In this document: positions 23,301 through 36,847 of the stretch, piece after piece | How the letters are laid out: each line of letters starts with the position of its first letter | Position numbering within the stretch: the stretch's first letter is position 1 | Assembly: GCF_006345805.1 (NCBI RefSeq) | Contig: NW_021834167.1 | Coordinates: 1-51,103, forward strand | Direction of reading: 5' to 3' | Origin: Octopus sinensis | Taxonomy: Eukaryota | Length of the DNA: 51,103 nucleotides | The notes under the pieces: generated by a model | Databases searched by the model: none | What the model was told of the DNA's origin: nothing | The model's input: the letters and a program-made list of their open reading frames with translations, nothing else | Translations under genes and position numbers: made by a program

Positions 23301-23538
23301 TTGATGGACCTACCGATTTATATGAAAAGACCCATTGCAGCTCAACTTTAATAAGGATATTAGGATCTGGCAAGAAATCATATGAAGAATGCACATTTAT
23401 TACTTTCAAGCAGTTATTGAGGAATTCTTTATAACATCTGATTAATATCAATGCTTTACATTCTTCTCTACCACCAGCAAGAGCCTAATGAAGGACATTT
23501 GTATTGAAGACAAGGAATCCTGGAGTGAATTCCACATA

Positions 23539-23582
<44 letters not shown>

Positions 23583-23928
23583 CGGGTAAAGATCCCCTTC
23601 GGTCATGAATGAACATGGGATTGCATCTAGGAAGTTCTCCTCCGAGGCACAAGCCCGGGCAAGATTGTTTTCCTGGAAGGCCAGCAGTAGCCCATGCCAT
23701 ACCAGCCTCCCCCTCTCCACGCTACCGATGTTATCCAAGGGAAAGACAAAAGCTGATACAGCTTGGCACCAGTGATACTGCAACTCATTTCTACAGCTGA
23801 GTGAATTGGAGCAACGTGAAATAAAATGTCTTGCTCAAGAACACAACACACAGCCCAGTCCGGGAATCGAACTCACTACCTCATGATTGTGAGCATGATG
23901 CTCTTACCACTGAGCCATATACCTTCAC
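23583..23928 (-). mobile_element. tRNA-derived CORE-like SINE (family D), near full length
   Basis: Minus strand reads GTGAAGG..TGGCTCAGTGGTAAG (box A), GAGTTCGATTCCCGG (box B) and TGTTGTGTTCTTGAGCAAGACA (CORE-like). Confidence 0.88.
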
Positions 23929-24296
23929 ATCCATGTCTTTCAGATTCCCTCTGACTTTATTACTGAAATGAAGGAGAGGCCAACAGGTCAAATACCTGGA
24001 CTCCAGTATTTTCCCTTAAGTTCCTTTCACTCACAATTTACAAAAGATGTCTACACAAGAATCCAACCAATTTTAGCTGCATATCTTCCATTTCTAGCCA
24101 GTTTTGTATCAGGGTACTTTTGGGGACTAATTTTATCATTCCACACAAAGCTGTAGTCGGTACATATAAACATTGTACACTCCCAAGATCCAAACATGAA
24201 CTTTGAAATAACTTTTCCCTGTATGCATCTCTTTTTGTGTGGCATATTAAGCCATAACTATATTCTGAGAGAGCACTTTAAATGCTAATCTGGTTT

Positions 24297-24595
24297 CATC
24301 ATCGTTCATCGTTTAACGTCCGTTCTCCATGCTAGCATGGGTTGGACGGTTCGACCGGGGATCTGGGAAGCCAGAAGGCTGCACCAGGCTCCAGTCTTAT
24401 CTGGCAATGTTTCTACAGCTGGATGCCCTTCCTAACGCCAACCACTCCGTGAGTGTAGTGGGTGCTTTTTACGTGCCACCTGCACAGGTGCCAGGCGAGG
24501 CTGGCAACGGCTACGGTCGGATTGGTGTATTTTATGTGCCACCGGCACGGATGCCAGTCGAGGCGGTGCTGGCATCGGCCACAAGTCGGATTAAA
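24297..24595 (-). mobile_element. Young SINE-like family A copy (two internal modules)
   Basis: Near-identical to 50207-50480 in the opposite orientation. Confidence 0.9.
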
Positions 24596-25293
24596 CTCAG
24601 TATCACCAATGAAACTACAGTGCAACAGGTCTAAAGAGTGAACTGCATTCTGCAGATACCTATCAATGAGCATTAATTAACTGGCTGATATTACATGAAT
24701 ATCTGCTGGGCAAATCAACTCCAACTTCCAGGAATATAGTGGAACATCTTCCAAATCCCTGATGATCTAGTCATCACCACACTATAAGTCACACTACTGG
24801 TTCTGTATGTTGATCTAAGATCCTTTTGGATAAAATAAGCAGTGATGAAATCAAATTAGATAACCTCATCTCCTACTTTCAAAGAAGCAGTGTGAAGTAT
24901 TCCCGAAAAGAGAAAATAGTCAAGAACACATTGCTTCTTAATTAGTGTAGTTTCAGAATAAACATCAGACTGTTTACTTCCAAAATGGAAAATGATTCCT
25001 AAGGTGTATATTGATTTGGTTATGGTTGATATAAGCCAAAGTTTTAATAATAGCAGAGAGAATAGTTAATAATCTGTGACAACCAGAAATAATATCATTT
25101 TCAAAATGCAAATATGAAGCAAAGCTTTCTCAAATATGAAATCCTGTGGATTTCAAATTATCTAACCAACTTAATATTGCCTATCAGCATAGCAAACACA
25201 TTTTAAAATCTCATTTCTGCACTCTTGTTTCAAATGCTAACCACTTCGGTAACCTCTCTTTGACAAATATTCTACTCTGAAATGACTCACACA

Positions 25294-25359
<66 letters not shown>

Positions 25360-25394
25360 GTACGTATGTGAATGTGTATTTATGTATGTATATA

Positions 25395-25640
25395 TATAAT
25401 CTTTTACTCTTTTACTTGTTTCAGTCATTTGATTGTGGTCATGCTGGAGCATCACCTTTAGTTGAGCAAATCGACCCCAGGACTTATTCTTTGTAAGCCT
25501 AGTACTTATTCTATCGGTCTATTACACCAAACCACTAAACTACAGGGACGCTAACACACTAACATCGGTTGTCAAGCGATGTTAGGGGGACAAACAAAGG
25601 CACACAAACACATACACACACACACACACACATACATATA
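25395..25640 (-). mobile_element. SINE family B tail half
   Basis: CTTTTACTCTTTTACTTGTTTCAGTC...GTTGTCAAGCGATGTTAGGGGGACAAAC. Confidence 0.85.
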
Positions 25641-26126
25641 TATACCGAGGCAATGACTAGTGACCGAGACCTTTGGAAATATGCTGAGATGCACTTTATA
25701 TATATATATATCTGGTTTCCTGCATTCTTCCTCTTGAATATTCCATTAAAAAGAGTTGGTAAAGCCAATGTAGGTAAAAGGCTTATTAGAGCTTACCAGC
25801 CCAATACCAGAGTTTTCAACAGAAAATTTAATGGAGACTTTTTTGCAGAAGGTGTAGTACTTATGATTTTTTGGGAAATTCTCCTTCAGAATCTTAAAAA
25901 ACGACTTAGACAGATTTCTTACTCTAAGAGAAAAGGTGGTGGGGACCAGATGACTTCCCATATTCTCAAACGTGAGCTCTTCAGTATACTTATCTCCTCA
26001 TGGCTACTATTTCATTTCCAGTATCTACTCCTAAAATCTCCATATACGTATCTAACGGATGGTCTACATTGGATGCAATCAGTTAATGCATTGCGTTTCT
26101 CAAAACTTTCTGTGACATGCAATGTG

Positions 26127-26189
<63 letters not shown>

Positions 26190-27349
26190 CAGCCAGTAAG
26201 ATGGTAACCTAGTACAATCTGTCATATGGTCAGGGCATTGGCAACTAAACCAGCAATCTTATCAAGCCTGCTTGGTAAGGAGGCTGGGTTTAGTTGGATA
26301 TTCCTCCAGGTGAAAAAAAAACCTGTCAAAAGTGTTTGATGACCTCAGGCCATCTATTAAATGTGAGAGAGAGACCCCAAGTCTATGTTTAGAAATCTCA
26401 CTAGAAAAAGAAAAACTCTTGCATAATACCTGCAATTTCATTTGCATTCAATGACACAGATTATTTCTTTTTGAGCAAATGTATGTCATTTGCAGAGTGG
26501 AATTGGCTCTGTGCAAAGCAATAGCATAGACCGCACTTGATTTTTTAATATCTCTCTTGTGTGTTGCATACTATGGTTGGCTGCAACCAAAAAATGCAAA
26601 ACACTCAAAGAAAAATTACAATAATTTACAGACAAATGGGAACAAGGACTCTGGAACAGATAGGGAAAGGATCTAGCTCAGGTGGTGTTCCAAAGCACTA
26701 CAGCCAGTGCCTGATTGCCATCTTGTTATTATGTGAAAGTTCAGACCTTTGAATATAGATGGCTGGAATATTTTCACCTTATTAGATTATAAATCCATTA
26801 CAACATGCTCTGTTGTAGAAGATTGGTGCTTTTAGGAAAGGAATCACTGTGACATAACATGGATGTGATGACCTTGTCTGAGAGTTTGTAAAGACAGTCA
26901 CTGTACAGAACAACATGGTGGCTACATGTTGCAAGAAGGAGGCTGGTGTAGTACTAGTGATAAAGAATTTCATTGTTTCTAATCTGGAAGAGCTTCCATA
27001 TGGATTTACTGATTACCAGATGTCAATGAGGATACTATTGTCAAAGAATGGATTTGTTACTCTAAGAGAGTGTCTACACAGCAGCCATGCATCCCTCTGA
27101 AGATTCGAAAAAAAAAACTTTATTTTTTATCTTTCATGACAAGACCCTGTCTGCAATCTAGTTTTCAAAATTCCTTATGATAATAAAGTTTGTCCTTATG
27201 ATAATAAAGTCACTCAGTGACTTCAATGCTAGAGTTGTTAAGGAGAACTAAAGTTAGGATGTAAGTGGAAAGCATTGAGTTGGAAAGTGCAATAGAAATC
27301 AATAGCTTGTTGCTGTTTTCAAATGTGTCAGGTGTTGGATTTCTGCACA

Positions 27350-28510
27350 ACAAACAGTCAGATACAAAACAACCTGGATACATCTCGGCTCAAAACAGCA
27401 ACATATGATTGATTTTGTTCTTGTTCGTAGGCAAGATGTTTATGATGTGGGTGGTGGGGGTAGTTTATGCAGGAAGCTGAATGTTGGCCCGACCATTGTC
27501 TTGTTTGTACAAAGGTGAGGTTAGAAAACCAAAAGTAGGAACCAAAGAAATTGAATATGAAACGTCTGAAAGATGATGCCATTAAGGGGCGTTGGAGAGC
27601 AGAATGGACAATATTCATCTCAAAGAGACCAAAACATCCTTACATGGCATTTGCAAAGATTTTCTGGGATTAGTGGAAAGAAGACAGCAAGATTGATTTT
27701 GTGAAAATGAAGAAGTCCAGGCAGCGTTAAATGAAAAGATATTCTTGTGAGGTGGTGAGAACAACTTTTGAATAGATGTTCAAATTGATGAGAAGTTTCT
27801 TGGTTTGATGCTCTGTATGCCTGCAAAAGAAGATACCAACAAGGTGGACTTGTATCAAGTCTTTCTTGATTTAAGGCTTTTGGGTACTGTGAATAGAAAT
27901 GCCTCTTGGGACATTCTGAGAAAGGTTGGGTGTCCTGGAAAGTTTGTCTCTATGCTTAGATTTTTCCATTATGAAATGATAATCTTGGATTAACATGGGC
28001 AGTAAGTTCTCTCATACAATTTTGGTTGAAAGTGCAATAAAAACAATGGAATTAACCAGTGCCAATTCTGTTTGCATCATAATATGTTATGGTTTTTTTG
28101 GTGGTTTTTGAGAGTTGCTTGCATGAAGTTTACATCAGATACTAAACGACTGTAATGGTTTGCTGCCAAAAGGAAACTCTTTCCATCACTAACACACAAC
28201 TTCCTGTATGCTGATGTCTGTGTTCTCTTGTTCTCTCAGTAACATGGAGTATCTTTTGGACTCCTTCCCAAACAGCATGCAGTGGAATGAAGAGAACAAT
28301 CAGCCTAACAACAAGAGAGCTGCAATGCATCAACCTGCACCAGGTAAAGCCTGCTCTCAGCCAAACGTTTGTGTGAATGGAGAGAAATTGAAAATTGAGG
28401 TTGAATTCATGTATTCAGGTATTACTGTGAATATGACGAAATACTTTTGATGATGAAATCATCCTCCACATCAATAAAGCCAGTGATGCATTCAGAAAAT
28501 CTCAAGTCAT
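27350..28510 (+). mobile_element. Decayed RTE-BovB-like LINE fragment
   Basis: DLYQVFLDL...TVNRNASWDILRKVGCPGKFVSMLRFFH, FLYADV, MHQPAPGK..QPNVCVNGEKLK, DDEIILHINKASDAF. Confidence 0.8.
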
Positions 28511-28583
28511 ATATGACTTGAAATGTTTGATGTCCCGTTTAACAATTATATTTATGTATGTGTTATATATATATGTATGTATG

Positions 28584-28730
28584 TCATCATCATCATCATC
28601 ATCGTTTAGCGTCTGGCTTTCCATGCTAGCATGGGTTGGACGTTCAACTGGGGGTCTGGGAGCCAGAAGGCTGCACCAGGCCAGTCAGATCTGGCAGTGT
28701 TTTACAGACGGATGCCCTTCCTAACGCCAA
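28584..28730 (-). mobile_element. Truncated SINE-like family A copy
   Basis: (CAT)n-GTTTAGCGTC...GGATGCCCTTCCTAACGCCAA. Confidence 0.85.
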
Positions 28731-28876
28731 TATATATATATGTGTATAATATATATATGTATGGATATTATCTATATATATATATATATATATATATATG
28801 ATATATGTATGTATGTATGTGTGTGTGTATATATATATATATGTATGATGTATGTATGTGTATATATATATCTATC

Positions 28877-28907
<31 letters not shown>

Positions 28908-28969
28908 TGAAATATATATATGTATATGTATGTATGTATGTGTGTGTGTGTGTGGTATGTATATATATA

Positions 28970-29125
28970 TACAACGGGCTTCTTTCAGTTTCCATCTACC
29001 AAATCCATTCACAAGGCTCTGGTCGGCCTGAGGCTGTAGTAGAAGGTACTTTCCCAAGGTGCCGCGCAGTGGGACTGAACCTGGAACCATGTGGTTGGAA
29101 AGCGAGCTTCTTCGCACACAAGCTA
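28970..29125 (-). mobile_element. SINE family B head half
   Basis: CAACGGGCTTCTTTCAGTTTCC...GGAACCATGTGGTTGG. Confidence 0.85.
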
Positions 29126-29574
29126 CACCTCAATAGTAGAACCAGCAACAGAGGAGAATGTATTGCCTTTCCCAAGATGATGATGATGATGATGATGTTA
29201 TTGCTCATCACGTCTTTCAGACTTCCTCACTCTCTCTTTCTCTTTTTTATTAAGTTAAAAACTCAGTGATACATGTTGTTGTTGTTGTTGTTGTTATGGA
29301 AGTGGTCGTTGTGGTGGGCAGCAATGTATTGTGTTTTTGAGCTTTGTCTTATAATGTGTTGGGCTGTATTTCAGAAGTAGGAGAAACAGTGTGAGGGACG
29401 GTGTGAGTTGGCCACAAGTGAAGGGGAGGAGGAAAGAGAGAACAACGGAGGAACAAGGAAACTGACAAGCAGTGGAAGGGGGAGGGGGAGGGTAATAAAC
29501 TGATAAAAGTTACATAAGTTACAGAGTGGATGGAGCGTATGTATGTATATATATATATATATATATATAAACAC

Positions 29575-29775
29575 ACACATACATACATACATACATACAC
29601 ACATACATACATACATACATACACAAATACATACACACATACACAAATACATACATACATACATACATACATACATACATACACAAATACATACATACAC
29701 AAATACATACATACATACATACATACATACATACATACATACATACATACATACATACATGCATACATACATATA
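29575..29775. repeat. (CATA)n microsatellite
   Basis: Directly visible. Confidence 0.97.
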
Positions 29776-30028
29776 TAAATATATGTACTAAAACACACAT
29801 ACAAACTCTCACATATTCACAATCATCTTGCATCACACACACACACACATATGCACACAAACACACGGAGAGCCATAACTACGGTTAAAAGGAAAAACTA
29901 GATAAGCAGTTGGTAGGGGGGGGGGGAGAGGTAAGAAAATATCAGATTTATATTACATCACCAAATGTGTGTGTGGTTTTGTGTGTGTGTGTGAAAGTAT
30001 ATATGATATATATATATACATATATATA

Positions 30029-30720
30029 TCATCATCATCATCGTTGTAGTTTAACATTTGCTTTCCATGCTGGCATGGGTTGGACAATTTGACTGAGAAC
30101 TGGTAAACCAGAAGGCTACACCAGGCCCCAGTCTGATTTGGCAAGGTTTCTACAGCTGGATGCCCTTCCTAAAGCCAACCACTCCAAGAGTGTAGTGGGT
30201 GTTATTTACGTGCCACTGACACAGGAGCCAGTTAGGAGGCGTTGGCATCAGCCATGCTCAAGTGGTACATTTTACGTGCCCCTGACACAGATGTCAGTCA
30301 GGTGGCACTGACATCAACCATGCTCAAATGGTGCTTTTTACGTGTCACTGGCATGGGGGATCGTCATGCAGCACTGGCATCGGCCACACTCAAATGGTGC
30401 TTTGTCAGGCAGCACTGACATTGACCATACTCAAATGGTGGTTTTTATGTGCCAGTCAGGTGAAGGCACGTGGCTTGGTGGTTAGGATGTTGCACTCAGG
30501 ATTGCAAGATCACAGTCTCAATTCCCAGACTGAACATTGCATTGTGTTCTTGTGCAAAACACTTCATTTCATGTTGCTCTGCAATCTTTCATCATCGAAC
30601 GTGTGGCATGTCATGCACCTGTACAGGTAATGTTGATTTGATAAAGAGAGAGAGCTAATGTCCAACACATACATTTGATCGCTCTAAACAAATTATCTGT
30701 GCAGGTCAGTCAGCAAGAAA
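30029..30720. mobile_element. Family A copy (-, 30029-30455, about four internal modules) abutting a family D SINE (+, 30460-30720)
   Basis: Family motifs; GGTGAAGGCACGTGGCTTGGTGG head and TGTGTTCTTGTGCAAAACAC core. Confidence 0.75.
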
Positions 30721-30832
30721 CTACAGAACCTTCAAACACGATTTAACAAGAGAAGAGTCCATCATGATAAAATATTATATAATATATTGTATTATATTAC
30801 TGTCATATTATATTTTTTTAATATTAATGTCA

Positions 30833-30990
30833 TCTAGTGTATATAAATCACAGTATGTGTGTGTGTATAATTACTAACGTATACATTTCCACAATTTTCA
30901 ACCGATTTTCACCAAACTTTACACATACATTACTTACGGTCATGCACTATAATATTTTGCCCAGAGCTCCCGCGTAATTGGACGTAAATG
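30833..30990 (+). mobile_element. Possible Helitron-like 5' region
   Basis: TC..TATATAAA start, short microsatellite, then AACCGATTTTCACCAAACTT, resembling non-autonomous Helitron 5' ends (recognised from memory). Confidence 0.4.
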
Positions 30991-32089
30991 GACATAGTTT
31001 TTTTGTATGTAGAGTCTTCCATACTTTTTTAACCTTTTTATAAAAGTGAAAGGATTTTGTCTATTAATTTCTGCTGTCCACTTACGATCGTGATTCAACT
31101 GATTAGGAAAACTATGTATGCGTGATGAATATTCAATACCAAACAATCTTAATCTCCATATCTAAACTGCATTAAACTTTGGCAAGCTTACCTTTACCTA
31201 TTCTGAGTTAATTGAAAGGTGACATTTCCTCCCCTCTCTTCTATTTGTTGATCCCTTTGTTTACCTTTGATACTATTGTTTCACTTTAAGAATGCTTATT
31301 TACTCATCCGTTATGATATTTCGACTGCGGTCCATTGTTTCAAATACATTTTTTAGCATTGTCGTTCCATCCCTTTTTAAACAATCACATTTGATTCATC
31401 TCAAAGAATCAACCTTTAAATAAGAGTTTTCCTTCCACTGGTGAAAGATGTACATATCTTTCAGGAAGCTCCATGCCAATTTAACTTTATGCAGCATTTG
31501 CTTATGCACAAACTATGTGGGAAGACAGGATAAAGGGGCTTTTTGTTAGCTTATCTCCCCCAAAAAAATAGCTCCTTTTGTTGTTGAAAAAAACATAAAC
31601 TCACAGAAGGGAAGTTTCAACATCTTCCTTCGATTTCATTACACCATTTATGTGGCTCTTTCTGACAAAATTTTTCGCTTTCATATAAAACATCTGTTGT
31701 CTGAAATCTACTCCCAAAACACTTCAGTAGTTCTGCTTTGCATTGCTTGCAAACTTATATGTTCTATCATCATAAAAGTGCAACAACTTCCACAATAACC
31801 AGACTTCAATTTGATTTTCCATTCCTAGGTTAATTAGAAGCATAGATTGCCATGTTACTTGTAAACCTTCTCAGTAGTTCAATTATTTGATGAAAAAAAT
31901 ACTACCAAAACAACTTAAACCGTCTGAAGGACAGGTGCGTTTGCTAGTATTATGTAATATATTATATAATATTAATGCTCTATTATATTATATTATGTTG
32001 TGTTATACATTAATGGTAAATACTTTGAAGTTTCTCTGTTGAAATTGGTTTCACAAAGCATGATTAGTGAAATAACTACAGAAACCTAT

Positions 32090-32740
32090 TAAATTAGAAG
32101 GCAGACAGATATCAGAGCCTCTAGAAGTTTTGCAATAAGACTAGTTTTGGGTTCTGTCAAATATTCACTGACACTTCTTTGGTTCTCTGGTTTCCCAGAC
32201 CAATATACCAGCTGAACCCACCTCTTATAGATTCCCGTTAGTTTTCTATAGATGTTCATCTTTTCCTTCAGTTTACAAATGACATGCTCTCCTCCTGGGC
32301 CCCCTCCTAGCCTCAACAGTAGCACATGATTTTTGCTCCTGACCCATTCAATAATATCAGGCTTATAAACAAGGTCGCTGCTCTTATTAGAATGTTCAAC
32401 CAGTATTTTCCGTTTTCAGAGGTGTGAATACATTTGAGTCTAATGTGCCTTTCGAATGACCACCAGAACAATCCTCCTCGAAGATAGCACCGTAAACAAT
32501 GCTGTGTCTCATGGAAAAAAATAGTAGCTTGCCAGTATGTTTGGACAGTTGTAGATGATGTTGGTGATGTCTATCATTTTGGCACAATCAACATTCATTT
32601 AGTATCACAATGTGGACGCTTAAGGCTACTTTAACTCTGTTATTGATCAAGTATTCAGTTGCTATCGCCTGGTCCTGCATAGCAAAGATGTAACTTGCCA
32701 TGCAAGACACGACGTATCCATCACTGGCCCAGGGGAGGCT
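32090..32740 (-). mobile_element. Decayed 3' fragment of an R4-like RLE LINE
   Basis: Minus-strand YIFAMQDQAIATEYLIN, NIIYNCPN and EKMNIYRKL...SVSEYL. Confidence 0.6.
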
Positions 32741-33019
32741 ACTCTTCTTTTCAATGTTCCTGTTTATTGACGTATACACATATGCGTGTGCGAATATGTA
32801 TGAATGTATGTCTGTATGCTTGTGTGTAAATGAGAAGGTATGTATATTTGTAAGTGAGTGTGTGTGTGTATGTGTTATGCGTATTGTCTTAACATAAGCT
32901 GCAAAGTTAAAGCAGAGAATGATATTAATGGAGATGAAGAAACACTGAAATTTAACAAATGTCAGTGGCTGAGTAAAGAAACAGCAGCTTTCAGGCAGTC
33001 GTTCGAACAGCTAGCCTCA

Positions 33020-33065
<46 letters not shown>

Positions 33066-33099
33066 CACACACGCTGGTGGTGTGTAAAGATATCTGTGC

Positions 33100-33367
33100 C
33101 AGCACCACGTAATAAGCACCCACGCTGGCATCATGTGGAAAGCACTTGTGGCTGGGCCAAATAAAGAGCACTTGTGCTGGTGCTGTGTGAAAAGTAGCCA
33201 TGCCTGGTCCCATGTAAAAAATCACTTTGCAGACTCTGTAAAGTGGTTGGTATTAGGAAGAGCATCCAGTCCATAGAAACTATGCCAAAGCAGACTGGAA
33301 CCAGGGACAGCTTTCCAGCTCTAATTAACCTATTGAACCCATGCCAGCATGGAAAACAGACATTAAG

Positions 33368-33406
<39 letters not shown>

Positions 33407-33430
33407 CCAAATGTGCACACACACACACAA

Positions 33431-33483
<53 letters not shown>

Positions 33484-34000
33484 TGTTATTATACACAGGC
33501 TACTCATACATGTGTATAAACAGATACTGATACACATTCACAGATTTACACACATTCATAGTCATGCATGCTGGACAGACACCAATCTACCTCACACAGA
33601 TGCACACATGCACATACATACATACATACACATTAAACAAACCGCTTTGTGATTCTGGCTCTTCAAGTTCTGAAATCTCAAGCATGAGTGGTAGCTTTGT
33701 CCCGGTTATAAAGTCAAATAAACACATACAACTCACAATCGGTTCTCTCTCTTTCCCTCTCCCCCCCTCTTTTACACTCACACACATGTCTGTGCGTTTT
33801 ATACTAACCAAAATGCAAGCCATTGCCTTGGAGTAAAAACTCAGGAAATTAACGAGTTCATCATCATCATCATCGTTTAACGTCCGTTCTCCGTGCTAGC
33901 ACGGGTTGGACGGTTCAACCGGGGTCTGGGAAGCCAGGGGCTGCACCAGGCTCCAGTCTAATCTGGCAGTGTTTCTGCAGCTGGATGCCCTTCCTAACGC
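33100..34000. mobile_element. Two family A copies tail-to-tail (+ 33100-33410; - 33858-34000) separated by microsatellites
   Basis: Family motifs in opposite orientation. Confidence 0.8.
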
Positions 34001-34514
34001 CAAACATTTCAGGAACTGGTTTCTGTCCCAAAGGAACTGTAAACTACCAAAGTAAGTTTTCAACTCAAGACCCCCTACAATGTGTGTGTATTTCAAAGCT
34101 TTGAGTGAAGATTTCTGGGATTTAAGCCTCAGGCATAATGATGTTTTGCAAATAAGGATGAGGTGGGTGAGAGGGGAGGTCAAAATTTTGATTTTTTTTT
34201 TTTTTTCATTCTTCATCTGCCCCATTGGGATACAACCAGCCATAACATTTTCATTTTTGAATTGTATTCTTGAAAATTCTTTTCAGAACAACAAGGTTGA
34301 AAGCGTTCTATTTGTGAATGTTTTCATCTAATTCCTTTGTAGAATAATAATCTACTGCTTAAAACAAAAATTTAAAGAAACTTTAAAAATAATAATAATA
34401 ATAATAATAATGTACAAGGTTTACTTGGTCTGATACACTGCCCGTTGTTTGACTGGAAACTTTATTCTAATTTAGGGAAATTACAATGCGATATTATCAT
34501 CAACTTCCTACATC

Positions 34515-34550
34515 TTCATCCCGAGCAACGCCAGGCAGTTTAGTTGGTAT
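34515..34550 (+). mobile_element. Possible degenerate Helitron 3' terminus
   Basis: CCCGAGCAACGCCAGG hairpin-like motif followed by TAGTTGG-T at the expected CTAG position. Confidence 0.45.
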
Positions 34551-35005
34551 AAATAATAAAGTTTAAAAATAAATTATTAAAACTACAGTAAAAAACACTT
34601 TTATACAACTCTGCTTTGATCTATTGATGCTATTAAGTTTTCCTTTGTACGTATCAGTTCAAATCTAGAGAATGTCAGCAGTGTGCTATAAATATCTGGC
34701 TTGCATTATACAGGACGTACAGAGTAAGAGACAAAGTCACCTTACGCTCAACATTTTTTTACTAAATATTTATATTTACAAATACAACAACAATCAGCTA
34801 TTTTTAGACATTAATTATGTTTGTATCAATATTGAAGGAAACCTGTAAATCTAAAAAAAAAAAAAATATTTATACACAAACATATCACTTGCTTATTTTT
34901 CAACATCTGAATCTATATTCAATTCAGTTCAGTTTTATTATTAAGGTATACAAGTAGGAAAAAAAAGAGTAGATGGACACAGGTACAAACACATAAAACA
35001 ACAAC

Positions 35006-35085
<80 letters not shown>

Positions 35086-35105
35086 TAATAATAATAATAA
35101 TAATA
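35006..35105. repeat. (AAT)n microsatellite
   Basis: Directly visible. Confidence 0.97.
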
Positions 35106-36467
35106 AAAGTAGATAAGCTTATATGAATAGATAACTGGAGAGTCAAGTCATAGAATAGAAGGTAAATAAAAGCCAAAAGGAAGTTTACAGTACAATTATA
35201 TAAAATTGATTTTGCTTTACAGATAGTTTTGTTGTTATGAATTCCTAATCCAAATAGATAGGGAAAGACCAATTAAAGCAACTGTGTGAACATTTTCCAC
35301 TTGCCAACTCAGTAGTTGCTAGACTAATTATGAAATAATAATAAGAATGAATAGTAGTGATAATCAATGAAAGCAAAAATCAATGCTGCAAGCACAGAGG
35401 TGGGAAGTGGAGGAGGAGGCGAGAGGGAGGGGAGGCGTAGTAGTAAAAACAATGCTTTTCAATATTACAGGGAAGTTTTTACTTTCTTTTTGTTTTTTGT
35501 TTCTGTTTTTGTTTTTTGTTTTTTGTTTTGTTTTGTATTTTTCTAGCAAAGTAGATGAACGAATAGCTGAATGGGCTCTTCTGCTTGCGAACTCTCAATG
35601 AACTCTCAATGAATAATACAGAGTCACACATTCGAGTAGAACACAATATCCTAATGTAGAACAGTGTGAATTCCCTAATTTGAAAAAGCAGAATAAGATT
35701 TTCTTCCTAAATATTATGAGAGTACAAAGACCGTGAAACTGATGCATGGGAGAGGAGCAAAATGTCTTTGCAAAATAAGACTCTCTGAATATTATCAAGA
35801 GATTCTGTTTCGAAAACTGTGGGTTTAGTTTGTGATTTGAAGCATTTCTGTGCAAAGTAACGACTTCTTCCAGAAAATGAATTAAATTCATTAAGTGAGA
35901 ACTGGAAAAATAACGAGAGAGAGAGAGATGCAATTATGGGTGCAGCTTGGCTGAATGGTTAAGAGGTTTTCTTTACAATGAAGAGATCCCCAGGTTTGAT
36001 TCCCATTATGATGTCTTGAGCAAGTGTCTCTTACCACAGATTATGGCCAACCCAAGCCATGTGAGTTAATCTGGAAAATGGAAACTATGAGGAAGCCTAC
36101 CACATACACTGCAGTTGTGATGCAAAAATGCAGCCTTATATGTTGCAACCTGTTTATTCTGTTACAGGTTCACAAGCCTGAGGAATATTCAGCCATTTAC
36201 ATGCTAAGTGAAAGAGAAGGTAATTAAGTTAATTGAAACTGATGAAGATCTATTTACTTTGTTTAGTTGATTACTTTTCTTTCATATCAGTTTCATCATT
36301 GCCAACTTTTTACATTTGCTTTTCTGAGCAAGCATAGAGTGGTTAACCCTGTAATGCACACAATACACATGGCAGTTAAGTGCTATGCTATTCACAAAGA
36401 TCAATTTTCTAAATCTCATAACCACTTTGTTACAAATCTTCTTTCAGTAGCTTCCACACTAACTCAA

Positions 36468-36680
36468 CCCTTTAGTACTTAATCCAGCCATATCCTGCTC
36501 AAATACTCTGTTTTATGCTAAAACTACCCGGATTCAGCTTCTCACACCTAACTTGAAATGTCATGCTAAAAATACGCAATCACCTCATCAAACTCTCAAA
36601 GCTACCAGAAAATTCATAATTAATTAAAAACCATGAATAAATAAGCATTAAATTTGACAAACTGATCTGAATGCATACAT
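36468..36680 (+). mobile_element. piggyBac-type MITE, decayed; inverted relative to the copy at 42393
   Basis: Starts CCCTTTAG; its body is the reverse complement of 42393-42564. Confidence 0.6.
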
Positions 36681-36847
36681 CATCCAGTTACCTAACATGA
36701 CCATCCCAAAGATGCTATTTGTCATTTAACTCCAAGCCAATCCTAACTGATCAGACTTATGAACAAAGATGTTCAAGACCTCATCATTCTACTTTCTTTT
36801 TAAGGCATAATCTACCTAGGACTACACTAGTATAAGCTCATTAGAAG

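Noticed and set aside
23968-26207. Hydrophobic ORFs at 23968-24156 and 25569-26207
   Set aside because: No recognisable domain or supporting splice structure; the second starts in SINE and microsatellite sequence.
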